A stretch of DNA of 64,000 nucleotides. Origin: Octopus bimaculoides (lineage: Eukaryota). A program made the translations under genes and the position numbers. The notes under the pieces were generated by a model that saw only the letters and a list, made by a program, of their open reading frames with translations, ran no database searches and had not been told where the DNA came from. Below are positions 26,311 through 40,509 of this stretch, one piece after another. Positions within the stretch are counted from its first letter, which is position 1, and the number at the start of each line of letters is the position of its first letter. Location of the stretch: contig NC_068984.1 of assembly GCF_001194135.2 (NCBI RefSeq), positions 60,151,635 to 60,215,634 of the forward strand. The letters are read 5' to 3'.

Positions 26311-28706
26311 TATCTGTTGGAGTACAATGTTGTCACTTCAGTATTATATATCCTTTGAGATCAAATTCTGCTGTGGTCAACTTTACCTTTCATCCTTTTG
26401 GGGATGATAAAATAAGTACCAGTTGAATACTGGGGTTGATGTAATCGATTCACCGACACCTCTAAAATTGTTGGCCTTGTGCAAAACTTTGAAATCAATA
26501 TTATATATCTGTAACACTTTATATTACTTATTATAAGTGACATAGGATGTTAGAGTCTGAATGTTGAGGGTGAGGAAAGGAGTTCTGGAAGCATATATAG
26601 AACATATCTTTAGATCTGGTTGTATGACCTGAAACATCAATAAACAAGTGCGAAAGCTTATCAATGCTGCAAAAACTTGGATTGTTAGGACACTGACCTA
26701 CTGTCTTAAAACTTTATAGATACATTGATTTACAAATGTCAACTTTACCTTTCATCTTTTTGGGAACAATAAATGAAGTACTGGGGGTTGGTTCTTCTTT
26801 GTTCATTCTTTTGCATTCTTTCAGAAGTGGTGCCTTATATGACAAAAATAAAAAGACAAACAAAAGAATTAGAACAAACAAAAAACACCCACAAGAAGGT
26901 TATGGAGAACCATCTGCGTATTTTCCTTGAAAATTCCATAGCAAGTACAATATGTAATTTTCAAAGAAGTCACTAGGAGCCATTCATTGACCTGACATTG
27001 TAAAGGAGGAAGGAATGTCATTTTGCTTACAGAATATGTTATATCTATGGTTGAAGACTTGAAAATCTTTGTTGTCATTCTATCTTAAATATAGTAGTAG
27101 TTGTAATAGTAGCAATAGTAGAGAATTTGTTGTGAAAATTTGATTGTAACACAGAAGGTCAAACAACTATGTAAATGTACTCACACAGGCTTGACATCAG
27201 CCATAAACGTTGTCTGTATTTGTCTATTTGGTGGCATTATACTTGCTATTTTGCCAGGCTTTGAAAATTTGCTTTTTCCCCCTTAGGGTCATAATCATTT
27301 GGCAATCATTTTTCTTTAAACCACTTCATGTTGTACTGTTTAGTGAAGCCATTCGTGTGTACATTTGTATTTATGATCAACTGTATGTTTATTTTGTATG
27401 CACATCTGCTTCTGTGCAGTTATGCATTTGTTTTATGTTCTCTGGAAATTGATTTTCTTGGCATAGGAACATATGTCAGCTACGTTTATCATAGATTCCT
27501 TCTGGGAAATTCAACACAAACATCATCCTATCTAAGAAATATTATCTCTCTTTCTCTACAAAGGAAACTAACAATAAGGAAGTCTATCAAAATGATTTAA
27601 ATTTTGTTGCATATGCTTAGATAATTTTGTGGAAAATAAATAGATAAATAAACTTTATGTCTGCTGTTTCATAGCCAAGAGATGATTTGGTCCAAATTAT
27701 AATGAGTTTTTAAAGGCTTCATACCTTACAACATTTCTTGTTCATATTTTGTGTTATATTTCATGACTTCTGTCAAATGAACATGTTATGGAAGTCTTGG
27801 AAATCTGCCAAAAAATTTTGTGTGTATAATACAGAAAAGATTTCAATAATTATTTTCCAATTAACCATGGGCTTGATCATTGCAAAGTGATAAAAAGTGA
27901 AAGATTACAAAAAAAGAAAAGAACAAACATACATACATACATGTACACATATAGATCTATGTATATATGATGATTATAATTCTGCATATATGATGTATTT
28001 ATACGATGTATTTATATGATGGATATGCACATACACACATTTGTACATATGCATATATATGTATATATACATATACCATTACACATGCACACATATATAC
28101 AAATGCATATATATATATATATATATATANNNNNNNNNNNNNNNNNNNNNNNNNNNNNNNNNNNNNNNNNNNNNNNNNNNNNNNNNNNNNNNNNNNNNNN
28201 NNNNNNNNNNNNNNNNNNNNNNNNNNNNNNNNNNNNNNNNNNNNNNNNNNNNNNNNNNNNNNNNNNNNNNNNNNNNNNNNNNNNNNNNNNNNNNNNNNNN
28301 NNNNNNNNNNNNNNNNNNNNNNNNNNNNNNNNNNNNNNNNNNNNNNNNNNNNNNNNNNNNNNNNNNNNNNNNNNNNNNNNNNNNNNNNNNNNNNNNNNNN
28401 NNNNNNNNNNNNNNNNNNNNNNNNNNNNNNNNNNNNNNNNNNNNNNNNNNNNNNNNNNNNNNNNNNNNNNNNNNNNNNNNNNNNNNNNNNNNNNNNNNNN
28501 NNNNNNNNNNNNNNNNNNNNNNNNNNNNNNNNNNNNNNNNNNNNNNNNNNNNNNNNNNNNNNNNTTCGCTTCAGTAATTCTTAATTTTCATGATATTCTA
28601 TACGTTTTTCTCTTCTCCCACTTGTATTAATAACTTGAATAAAATACAAATTTGTTAATACTATGAATAAATCATTAAATGGATTTGTTGTTGTCGTTGT
28701 CGTAAC

Positions 28707-28758
<52 letters not shown>

Positions 28759-30089
28759 CTAATAACGTAATTCTTAAGTTGATTTTTTTTTCCATCTTGC
28801 TGGTTCCCCATTGAGAGATAAATGGCCTTATGTTATAGACTGTTGTTAAATGTTTATGGTACCGTTTCATGGCAGTTGTTCAGACAATCTTCCCAGTGTT
28901 TTAGTTTGAATGTTTTACGATCAAATAAAAATGTCTTGTATCTTGTGTGTTGTTTGTGTGCGCATGAGTGTATGTAAATATGCATACATACATACATACA
29001 TTCATACATATTTATGTATGTATACATATATGTATGTATATAAATACATACATGCTAGGATATATATAAGAATATATATGTGTTTATGTGTGCACTTGTG
29101 TTTATACATGTTTTGTGGATAAAGCTATTTTACATTTTGTTTAAATCCATCCATAAATAGAGCAGTGTAATCATTTCAGTAAGTTTATCTACAACTATTC
29201 TTCAAAATAGATAGGTTGTTGTAGGAATTGATTTCTTTTTAGTTCATGTAACAATTGGTATGTTAAACATCAATAGAATTTTTTTTTACATTCATTCATA
29301 CACATATTTACCCACATACACACACAAACACACTCACACACACACCCACATACATTTGATTAGTTTGGTGGACATGGTTGAGAGTGTATAATGCAGATCA
29401 GCCTGATTGCAGTATATTGAATCTAGTTTGTTTTACAAGTAAAATAGTTCGTGAGACATAGAACTTTTCTAACAGATCATTGGTCTTGAGTCTAACTCTT
29501 TGGACACTTAACTACTTGGTATTGTTTTCTGATTATATGATATAGAAGTCTGTTTTAAAAGTGTTCATGTTTAAATTAAAAATCTCAATTATAATTTTAA
29601 ATAAATATTTTCCATTGTGTTTAAAAAGACCAAATTCATACATGCCAATAAATGGAACAAAATAAAGGGTTATTTTACAAAATTCATCATCCAAAATTAA
29701 TTAAATCCTAAAATGTATTTTGTTAGAAATATGGTCATAAACAGGTAAAAACCTGCTACAAGGTATTTTATTTTGTTTTCTGTTGCTTATTTCTCTTGCT
29801 TGGATATCTACTGTTAGGAATAGGAACAAATCATCAATTTTATTTTGTATTTTATTTTATTAATTAATCAAAGGAATAAGAAAAGGAAGAGCAAGGCTCA
29901 TAATCATCGAACATTTTCTCAGTCAAGTGAAATCAATGCAGTTGATGTTGAGATTGAATTTTGTTTGAGAAAGGAGTGGTGAGTCGGATCAAGGTTGAAC
30001 TGATGTCCCTTGATAATGATATAGAGGAGGGAGAATCGTCCAGTATATTGAGGATTGGTCTTTTTAAAAGACTTTTCTGTGGTTTAGAA

Positions 30090-30466
30090 CAGTGGTTCTC
30101 AACCAGGGCCCATATGACCCCTGGAAGTGCATACAAAATTTTTGGCGGGATTCACATGAGCAAAACAGTAAATTGGGGGTCCATGGTAATATTTTAGGGG
30201 TCAATGAAAAAAACCTTGCCTTAAACGTATTTATTGCAAGAAACAACTAGGTTTCATTTCCTAACACTTAATGTAGTTCAACATATTACCAGCCACTGAA
30301 ACATGTTTTCTCAGACAGTGTCTGCATGAAAAACAAAATATGAATTTTGAAAGATGTATCTATAAAACTAGTTTTTAAGCATAGAATGGCTATGGTTGTC
30401 CACCAGAGTAAAAAAGTAAAAAAGTAAAAAAGGGGTCCATATGTAAAAAAAGGTTGAGAGCTACTC
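30090..30466. mobile_element. hAT (Buster/Charlie-type) MITE; a lone related end at about 41150-41189
   Basis: CAGTGGTTCTCAACC ... GGTTGAGAGCTACTC; flanks GTTTAGAA / ATATAGAA (6/8, central TA). Confidence 0.7.
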
Positions 30467-31746
30467 ATATAGAAGGAGAGTGATTTCTTGTGGAGAAGGA
30501 AGAGAAAGCTAAAGCTCATGATTTGCTACTTATACAAGTTGACCAGTCTGAGGACAGTGACCTTTAGTGGATGTGTCATAATCTTGTATTTGCTGGGAAT
30601 ATGCCATCCTCACAAACTGCTGATAAAATGATATGGGAATATATGAGGACTGAAAAGCAACCTCGTAATTCTTTACTAATAATTTAGGGTTTCTGTATTG
30701 TTTAGTTTGGATTCTGCTGGAAACCTTTTCCACTTGTGCCCTCTGAAAATCAGCACTACTCAAGGAAGGGTTTAATCAGAAGGAACATGCAATGAGACTG
30801 TTGTCCTAAAACAGACCTGTTCTGAGTGCTTGAGACAAGATGAATTTTCTTAAAAGCATAAAAGTTACATGATGTTTACATTTTAAGCATATAAAAATAT
30901 GACAAAAATCCTTTGCAAAGAATTCTAATATCTACTTTATATACATGGATGCCTTTATATAATAACGATCAACACAGAGAGTTTGTCATCTATCTAGCAA
31001 GACTAAAGGGTCCTCTTCATTCTACATTGTCTGTGAGTGGATTTGATAGATGGAAACTGAAAGAAGCTTGTTTTACATATGTGTGTGTGCATGTGTGCAA
31101 TGTATTTCTGTTTTCTTTACTTGACATTGCATGACTGTTGTAAACGAATGCCATTCATTTTGAATATTCTGCAAAAGCATAACACAGGGAAATATTACCT
31201 TGCTTGGAAACAGGTGGGGAATACAGCTGTAGGAAAATCTGTCTCATTAAAACTCTGTCTGATCCATGCAATTATTGAAAAGTAGATGTTAAAACAATGA
31301 TGATGATGATGATATATGTGTATGTGTGTGTGTATTTTTAACTTGAGTCATAGACAGTTATTATATACCTAAACTATGCTTTTGTTTGATTGGTTAACCA
31401 TGAATGTCAATCACAAAAATTAACATACTTAAGAGTGGTGGTGGCAGTATCAGTAGCAGTCATGATGGCTGCAGCAGTTGTAGAGGCAGCAGTTTTTCAA
31501 AACTAAAACAGGCATAATAAATGTATTTTTCTTTTACTGAACTTCATGCTTCTTACAGTTGCAAGATGTGACCATAACAGAGAGTGTTACTGGAATGATT
31601 TATTTTCCGGTCCTGCTCTGAAGAACTGTTAAAAACTAGTCCATACTGCAAGTGTACATATTCTAATGAAAATATTAGCTATTTTTTTTGTTCAGGTGTC
31701 ATTTCTAAGAAACAGTTTTAAATAGTTTTTCTTTTTTGTTTTCTAG

Positions 31747-31905
31747 TTGAACTTAGACATGCAGCCTTTCATTGATTCAAGTGAAGTCTCATCTACACAA
31801 ATAAGTGCAACTGCAGCTCCAGTTGTGAACTTGATTGAAAGAAATGGTTCCACACTGATGAATCATCTACACTCTGCATTTGAAGTGCCAACTGACAATG
31901 CAAAG
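31747..31905 (+). CDS. Putative host-gene exon (LNLDMQPFIDSSEVSSTQISATAAPVVNLIERNGSTLMNHLHSAFEVPTDNAK); gene not recognised, ATG at 31759 could be the start
   Basis: T-rich acceptor ...ctttttgtttctag, 159-nt stop-free frame in non-repetitive sequence, consensus donor AAG|gtaagt at 31906; the frame closes just inside the intron (GTA AGT GTT TAG). Confidence 0.6.
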
Positions 31906-32807
31906 GTAAGTGTTTAGTTTTGAGCTTTGTTGTTTGTTCATATTTCTCATTGAAAGTTTCATACTGTAAGCAACTGTTATGGATTTTATGTCAAAAATAT
32001 ACATGTGATGAAAGATAACATAGTCATTGTTCTGTAAATGGTATTGTTATTGAGAAAACTATTGTGTCACTGAAGAAGGAAAGTTTGGATTCGCTTTTAC
32101 CGAAGCATCTTGGAAATAACATCAGGTAAGTAATTTCCTTACAACAGTTCTTTATTTACAGCTTGGCATAAAAATGTAAGAATCAAAGAAGAATAGTTAT
32201 TTTTCTCAAGAAAATGAATGTCTTGCTGTTATATATTTGAGTATTAGGCACAATATCTTATAGCATTCAGTTAGATCCATATATGTATTATATTTATAGT
32301 GAGGGGGTTCACATCCTGCTGAAGTCAACTTTGCAGTGTCTCAACATGGATGCAGTGCAATAACTGAAACCAGTGAAAGAGCAAAATGATAAAAGAATGA
32401 GTGAGAGAGGCATCATCTAGCTTGATCATCCATAGATGGTTTTGAACCTAAGAGTATAGGGGGGAAAAAGTCTTGGCACTCATAAGAAGGACTGGTGGGA
32501 AGAGTATGGCGATGGGTCTTTGGTACTGCAAGTCAGGAAATGTCACATCTGGTTTGTTGGGGTTGTGAAAAACTGGAATAAAAAGAAAAAGAAAACATGG
32601 GGAAAACTTAGAGATGAAATCTTGTGTTCATTAAAGTTATGCCCTTTGGATAAGGATCAGGTAGTTCTGTCACTATGTAAAGGGGTGGGACTGGAGTGCA
32701 GGTAGGGTTGATGTATGATTATATTAGTTAAAGGATAGATGTTAATTTTGATTTTGAGAGTTATAATTTCTACATAGCTTTGTACTCAATGTTTTCATCT
32801 CATACTT

Positions 32808-33150
32808 ATTACCTCCACCTTAGCAAAAGTGGAGGTACTGTTTCCAGTTGTGTTTGTTTGTCTGTCTGTCTGTCCATAGACAAGATATCTCAAGAACCGC
32901 TGGATGGATTTGGATGAAGCTTTCAGGGATGTTTGGCCTCGTGACTGGCATAAACTGATTAGATTTGGAGATTGATCCGGTACCGGACAAGGATTCTGGA
33001 TTATTTTTTCCTATTTTTTAAATCTAATTTTTGAGAGCGGTTAGGTTCATGTTTAGTATTCTCATCTGTGAGAGCAATCGAGTTTATTTCAGATATTCTC
33101 ATTTTAAAAATCATCTCTGGTGCTCTCTTGGTGCTCTCTGGTTGCTCTTG
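32808..33150 (+). mobile_element. DINE-1/HINE-like non-autonomous Helentron element
   Basis: 5' hairpin ACCTCCAC-10nt-GTGGAGGT (32811-32836), (TGTT)/(TGTC)n tract, then core ggatggatttggatgaagctttcagg...gattagatttgg; 3' end approximate. Confidence 0.6.
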
Positions 33151-33357
33151 TGAATTTTAAAATATTTTTTATCTTGCTGTTTTCTTAAAATATCATAAAT
33201 TTCATACTCATTGTGATTTGTACTGGGAAACCTTCTATTGGATCATGCATAATCTTTTTATTTTATTTACTATTTATATTTATATATATGATATATGATG
33301 TATGTATAAGAAAATTTTGATGAATTTTCAGCTTTTACTCAGTATTCCCCCAAACAC

Positions 33358-33413
<56 letters not shown>

Positions 33414-34769
33414 GTATATACATATATATATATACGTATATACAAACACACACATAAACACATTCACACAAATATGTATATATTATATGTATGTGTATGT
33501 ATGTATGTGTGTGTGTGTGCGTGCGTGTGAAATAAGGGGTGTCTATTTACTTTTGATATGTCTATGTATGCTTGCTATCATTCGTTCTTTGATTATTCAA
33601 ATTCTTCCTATAAAAGTGAGGCTAGTTTCTTAGCAAAGAATTAAAGTTTCATCACTGAACTTTAGATAACAATAACCTGTGAAGTTTTTTTTACATGTTG
33701 AATTTTAGAAAAGTTTTGCATATTTTCACTGTTTTAGTTACAGATTATTTTTGTAAAATGTGTAACATTGTGAAATGCACTTATAATTATGGATAAAAAT
33801 ATATACTTCTATTCTGTGTTGAGTAGCTGTTTATTTTGAAGCATTTGTTCATAGATATATTCTATCCCTGCTTGTTTAATTATTTGAATTCTTCCATCAA
33901 AGAAGCATTCAAATAATGAAACAATTCAATTACTTGTAGGGACACTGTATCTCATTATGCAACCATAATTTACAACCAAACATATTAAAGACTTTACAAA
34001 TCAATACTGCATCCTACAGTGCTAGCAATCTTCAATTGCATTGCTTACAATTAGCTGTATTCAGATGGAAAACATTGTAACAACTCAGTGCTGGTTATAA
34101 TTTCAACAGAAATTCTTTAGAGATAATCTTAAAAATGAAACAAATGTATGAAGTCTCCATCATTAGAATTTAGATAGTAAAATAAGAAGTTGTACATATT
34201 TTTATTATTTCATTTACAAACTGTATTTGTAAAGTGTGTCAGCTGGTCACTTTTTTTTACTTAAAAACTCTTTGCTTTATTTTCACAATCAGCTGCATAA
34301 TTATCAGCATAAATATGAATTTATAATCATCTAATTATATAGTTATGAGGGTGCATGGCTTAGTGGTTAGGGTATTGTACTCACAATCTAATGGTAGTGA
34401 TTTCAATTCCTAGACTGAGTGGTGTGTCGTGTCCTTGAGCAAAACACTTCATCTCACATTGCTCTGCAATCACTTTGACACCTGATGCATGGTACACCTG
34501 TTCAGACAATGTCGGTCTGATGGAGTGAGTGAACTGATGTATAACATGAACATTTGATCACTATAAACAAATCATTTGTGTAGGTTGTTTGGCAAACGAT
34601 GAACACTCATATATCGGTTTTGATGGGAAAATCCATCAATAATATGTTTATTTATTTACATGTGCCCTTATTATTTTTCAAATTTCTCACAAATAAAGAA
34701 AAAGTTGGACTCCAACTCAGAAACAGTTTGTGCCTGCAGTTTTCATGTATGAGCCTACTTGTTTGCTTG

Positions 34770-34807
<38 letters not shown>

Positions 34808-36409
34808 AGCTAAACTTCTCAAGTGTTTTACATATTTTCACAGTTCCTTTAATTGCTTGGAATTGTAATTTTCTAAGTAGCTGTGTCCTTTCTTGTTTTG
34901 TGAAGCTCAGCTTCTCAAAATTGTTGCAGAGGCAAGTAATTACATAACCAAATGCTCTAATAAACAAATATAATTTAAGGTTATTCCCTGAGTATATTAT
35001 CTGCAGATCTGTTATTAGTTCAGTATGAATGTTTTCTTAATCTTCTATCTCTAACTTCATGTTAACAATAACTGAACATGCTTATGTCTGGTCTGTTATG
35101 CCTACATTTTATTGAGGTTTTGGCATACACCTTTCTTTTTTCATATTCATTTTTAATATTCCTTCATATTATGAATGAAAATACTTTCTTACATTACTTT
35201 AATTCCTTGTATTTTGAAATTCAGGACTATCCTTTCTATGAAATGCATGCCCTATAGGTAAATTGTATCATGATGACATTTTGGGACAGCTGCTTATGAT
35301 GCAAGTCAGGTCTTCAATTGTTAATTCTGCAGAATATGCACCAGTTGTCAAGTCTAGGTGTTTTACTTACATCCCTACCCCTTTTTTTACATCAGGCATT
35401 TTGTTGTTTTATCCTGTACCTGGATTTGCAAAAGCAAATGTATACTTTTCTAAGTGAGTACTATTGTCATAGTTGTTGGTCTTTGACAAACTAATGTGGT
35501 TATCTATGGCATTGTCACAGCTCTCTGCAGAAAAGTTGACCTCAGTAGAATTTTCACACACACTGCAGAGAGCTGTGTGTTAAAATTCTATTGAGATCAA
35601 CTTTTCAATATAGAAAGTAAACTTTAGGGTTGATCTCAGCAGAGTTTTAACACATACTGCAGAGAGTTGGAACAATATATAAAGTACTGAGGTGGCAATC
35701 TGTCAGAATCATTAACATGCTGTCCGTCTTCATGTTTGCTGCTATTGATTTCGCCTGTCATCCTTTCAGGGTTTATAAAATAAGTGCCAGTTGAACATTG
35801 GGACCAATTTACTCAACTTAGCCCCTCCCCGCCAACCTGCTGGCCTCGTACCTAAATTTGAAATTAATATATAAAGCAATATATAAAGAACCAATCAAAT
35901 ACTTGAGTTAATTCTTCTCTTTTTCACTCCGTACACACACACATACATCACCACCATGATCGTCATCATTTTAGAATCAGTTTCACCATGTTGTCAGAAT
36001 GTTGTGTACTGGACCACTCAGTATTCATTTCCTTCAAGAAATAAATGAAGACAGAGTGAAAGGCTAGCAATCTCATCTCATCTAGTATGCAACATAACCA
36101 CCCAAAGAAAGAAGAGAACCTGATGATGTGGACAGATGATGTGCTGTATAGCATGGAATATTAAAAAAAAATTCATATATTTACGTATCTATGCTTGTGT
36201 GTTGTCATTTTATGGATTGGATGGGTCATCATGGGTTCAAAATAGTTCTTGCTCAGAGTTACTGTGCTTCTAGGCATGTGTCAAATGATCAGGTGACTGT
36301 GTAGGTGCAAGTGCTATGGGTTATTTCCCTTGAGTGTTTAAAAAAATATTGTGTAGGTGTTATGGGTTATTTCCCTTGGGTGTTTAAAAAAAAATTTAGT
36401 TATATGAGG

Positions 36410-36585
36410 TAGATATAAAGATCCCTTTCAGGGGCCATGTTATCGATTTTTTCAACAATCTAAGTATGTCACGAGGTTTTCAGACGAGTTCTACTCTTGT
36501 GTCAAGTTTCATCAAAATCAATAAAACGATGTAGGAGGAGTTAGCTAACAATGCCACAAACAAACACACACCAATTTTCCATATA
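36410..36585 (-). mobile_element. Second DINE/HINE-like fragment
   Basis: caagtttcatcaaaatc...taggaggagtt...acaaacaaacacac-(TA)n pattern typical of the reverse strand of these elements. Confidence 0.35.
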
Positions 36586-36589
36586 TGTA

Positions 36590-36639
<50 letters not shown>

Positions 36640-36750
36640 AGTGTCTTCTACTATAGCCTCAGGCCGACCAAAGCCTTGGATTTGGTAGACAGAAACTGAA
36701 AGAAGCCCGTTGTATATATATATATATATATATAAGTATCAAAATATGCA

Positions 36751-36784
<34 letters not shown>

Positions 36785-36796
36785 TACACATACACC

Positions 36797-37006
36797 CAGG
36801 CTTGGCCAAAAGTCATCCGACAGTAAATGAAAATTCCATAAATACTATCTGTAATTGTGTATTGACTCGAATGGAAAAATGTGTCACTCAAGAAGGTCTT
36901 CAGCTTGAATAATTATCATGATGTTTCATATCCAGTTGTTAAACAGAAATAAATCTTGGAATTAAATGGTTTTGATTTACTGTCAGGTGATTTTTGGCCA
37001 CCCCTA
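36797..37006. mobile_element. Tc1/mariner internal-deletion derivative (MITE)
   Basis: 32-bp TIRs (26/32 match), TA after the right end; interior encodes a transposase-like C-terminus ICNCVLTRMEKCVTQEGLQLE*. Confidence 0.65.
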
Positions 37007-37048
37007 TACACGCACACATACACGCACACATATGTACATATATGTATG

Positions 37049-37475
37049 TGTGTAAGACCTGTTGAGCCAAGTGAAATTGTAGTTGTGACCAGTGCCTGTG
37101 CCAGTGTCACGTAAAATCACCATTCAAGCATAGCTGATGCCAGTACCACCTGACTAGCACCTATGCTGGTGGTACATAAAAAGCACCATTCGACCGTGGT
37201 CGATACCAGATTCACCTGACTGGCACCCATGCTGGTGGCATGTAAAAAGCAACATTGAGTGTGGTCGATGCCAGTGCCACCTGACTAGCTCCCATACTGG
37301 CAGCACATAAGAAGCACCCACTACACTCTCGGAGTGGTTAGTATTAGGAAGGGCATCCAACTGTAGAAACTTTGCCAGATCAGAATGGAGCCTGGTGCAG
37401 CCTCCTGGCCTACCAGTCCTTTCTCAAACTGTCTAACCCATGCTAGCATGGAAAGTAGATGTTAAACGATGATGA
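37049..37475 (+). mobile_element. RTE 3'UTR with internal ~65-bp tandem subrepeats
   Basis: Starts aagacctgttgagccaagtgaaa (ORF end as at 59110), then repeated ggcacgtaaaaagcaccatt..gtggtcgatgccagtgccacctgactgg units, then the standard tail. Confidence 0.7.
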
Positions 37476-37703
37476 CATACATCCAGCCATACATACATAT
37501 AATTGAAATCAGATCCTATGTACAGTTCTAAATAAATAATCTAGCATGTATGTATATGTACACAGTTTTTGAATATATGTTGTGTGTATGTATGTGTGTG
37601 TGTGTGTGTGTGTATATACATATATATATATATATACATATATATATACACATNNNNNNNNNNNNNNNNNNNNNNNNNNNNNNNNNNNNNNNNNNNNNNN
37701 NNN

Positions 37704-37739
<36 letters not shown>

Positions 37740-38240
37740 TATGTTTGTGTGTTGTGTTGGCTTATGATTGGAGAGATGTAAGACAGATATAACTAAAAAA
37801 ACAAAAGACCCATGAAGAAAAGAAGAAAACCCAAATCCCTCCTCCCCCTACACAAATAAACATTATCAGCTAAACACTAGCATATTTGGTTCTTGTGAAA
37901 TGTGAAATGGTGTGAAAAGGAGTGTTCCAGCTTTAGTTTAGCACCAAGGGAGAGATATTCAGATGAGATGATATAATGCTTATCAACAAGTTTCTCTCTG
38001 CAAGTAAACTTGATAAATATCTCTATGCAACACTAACTGGAATGGTCTATAATTCTGTAATGCCACTTGCTACACAATAACATTTCAGCATAGCTTTGCC
38101 TAGAACTGACTGAACTTTATCCAAGTACAAAGGATATTACTCAAACACACACACATGTTCACACAGAATCTTTCCCTCGCTCTGTTCTTCCTCTCTCTTC
38201 CACTCAATCACTAACACATACACATGCACTCATGCCAAAC

Positions 38241-38277
<37 letters not shown>

Positions 38278-39019
38278 AGATTAATGAGATAAACCAATTT
38301 TATTGAGAATACCTTAAATGTAAATGTTATATTCCAATTCCTTGACTGAAGCTGCATAAAATCCCTTTTTTGTTATTATTAATTATTTGTATTAAGGATT
38401 GATTTAATTGACTATGACTAACCATTGTCTCTATACGTCCTCAACCACTTCATGGCCTTATGCCAATCTAAGAAATCATTATCATTATTATTAATTACAT
38501 CAGTTTATGGCTTCTACTATTCATGATTTTACAATTAATGAGCTAGTTACTTCTTAGTAATGTACTGTTAAGTACCTATTCACTTTCATTATCAAATATT
38601 CTTATATCTTCAATCCCATCATTGTTATATTACTCTTGAGGGTGGTGGTAGTGGAATGGCAGACAAAATGCTTTACAGTATTTAGTTATATACCATTACA
38701 TTCTGAGTTCACATTCCACTGGGTACTTAACCCACTGAAGTCAACTTTGCCTTTCATCCTTATAGGAAAACGGGTTGTCAGGTTTTAGTATCAGTTAATT
38801 TGTCTATACACTTGCCTTCAAAATTTTAGACCTGGTGCCTTTATAAGAAATTGTTATTGTACTGTTCTGTATTATAATCTTTTGAAGAAATCCAGTTAAT
38901 GTGAATTTGTTAGTGAAATGGCATCAGTTATTTATTATTTTTTGTGCACTAAGGATTTGGGGATTTTCAATAATGATGATGATGATAATAATAATAATAA
39001 TAATAGCAGTGGCTCTCAT

Positions 39020-39415
39020 GGCTTTTGACCTTAACTGATTGAAAGTGTTATCATGTACATTGTTTTGTCTTGGTATAAGAGATGGGCTACAGTAAATATT
39101 CTGCTCAATACCACAGATTTGTTTGTCAGTTGTTTGACCTTAACCAGTTGAGCATGTCCCTTAGTGGATGACGATATGTGCATCTCTGATCATGAACAGA
39201 AGTAGTGGTGGGGGAACATCATAGCCATGTGTTGAGAGAAGTTCTTTGGGGTTTGAATAATTCACCTCTGGAGGCATGGGTGTTTTGTTCATCATCCTTA
39301 AAACAAACCTTACTCAGGGACCTTTTGAGTGGGATGGGCTACTCGACCCGAAGAAAATTCTAACTGGGCCCCACCTGCAATATCATGCACTGTTTATCTT
39401 GGTATGAAGTTATCA
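39020..39415. repeat. Unclassified interspersed repeat; partial copy at 52610-52745
   Basis: Shared attctgctcaata.cacag...ttgagcatgtccctta...tgtgcatctctgatcatga.cag.agtagtgg..catcatagc.atgtgttgagag block. Confidence 0.6.
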
Positions 39416-40272
39416 TATCATGTCATGCACATTCAAATTTTGGCATAAGGCTAGCAGTTTGGGAAGCAGGGTTAAGTGGATTACATCAACCCCAGTGTGC
39501 TCAACTGGTACTTATTTTATTGATTCCAAAAGGACAAAACTGTGGCGGAATTTGAACTCAGAATGTGAAGCTGGAAGAAATGCCACTAAGCATTTTGTCT
39601 GGTGTAGTAATGCTTCTACAAGGCTAGCAGTTTTGAAGGGAGTGGGATTAATCTATACCATTGATGGGGGACAAACACAGACACAATGACAAACACACAT
39701 AGAGAGATATACATACACACACACGCATGTATATATAATGGGATTCTTTCAGTTTCTGCCTATCAAATCCACTCACAAGGATTTGGTTGGCTTGAGGCTA
39801 TGCAGTGGGACTGAATCCTGAGCTATGTGGTTGGGAAGTGAGCTTCTTATCACACAGCCATGCCTAACAGTTTTATACCAGTTTCTACTGCACAAAAGGC
39901 TCATGGCCCAGTAGTTAGGGTGTTGCACTCATAATTATAAGATCAGGGTTTTGATTCCCAAACTGGGTGGTGTGTTGTGTTCTTTGAGCAAGACATGTCT
40001 CTTCATGTTGCTTCGGTCTACTCTTCTGTAAATGAGTAACCCTGTCTTGTTCAGAGAGAATGTTTTGATCTGAGTCACTTATATGCCATGGAAATCAAGT
40101 AACTGTCTCTATGAGTCCAAAGAATTGAGGCAGTAATGTCCAGGGATTACCTTCTACTGCACTACTGAGCTGCACTTCTGTATCCCTGAGGATTGTATGT
40201 GTAACCTTGTATTTTGTGAATGCAAAATTGTGTTTGTATGCTGCATCTGTTTTGGGTTTTGCAGGAGTTTCT

Positions 40273-40509
40273 TATTTCTTTATTGCCCACGAGGGGCTAA
40301 ATATAGAGGGGACAAACAAGGACAGACAAAGGGGTCAAGTTGATTACATCGACCCCAGTGCGTAAATGGTACTTAATTTATCGACCCCCGAAAGGATGAA
40401 AGGCAAAGTCGACCTCGGCGGAATTTGAACTCAGAACGTAACGACAGACGAAATACTGCTAATCATTTTGCCCGGCATGCTAACAATTCTGCCAGCTCAC
40501 CGCCATATT
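40273..40509 (-). mobile_element. Young tRNA-derived SINE (family B) with a perfect 16-bp target-site duplication
   Basis: TTTTGCAGGAGTTTCT at 40257-40272 and 40510-40525. On minus: B-box-like gttctgagttcaaattccgcc, then gtcgactttgcctttcatcctttcgg...gataaattaagtacc and an A-rich tail. Confidence 0.9.

Noticed and set aside
35225-35257. 33-nt mini-exon (cag|GACTAT...TATAG|gtaaat)
   Set aside because: Weak pyrimidine tract and a stop in the frame that would follow 31905; such matches arise by chance in AT-rich DNA.
37080-37320. CRISPR-like repeat/spacer appearance
   Set aside because: Degenerate contiguous tandem units without unique spacers, inside a LINE 3'UTR of a eukaryote.
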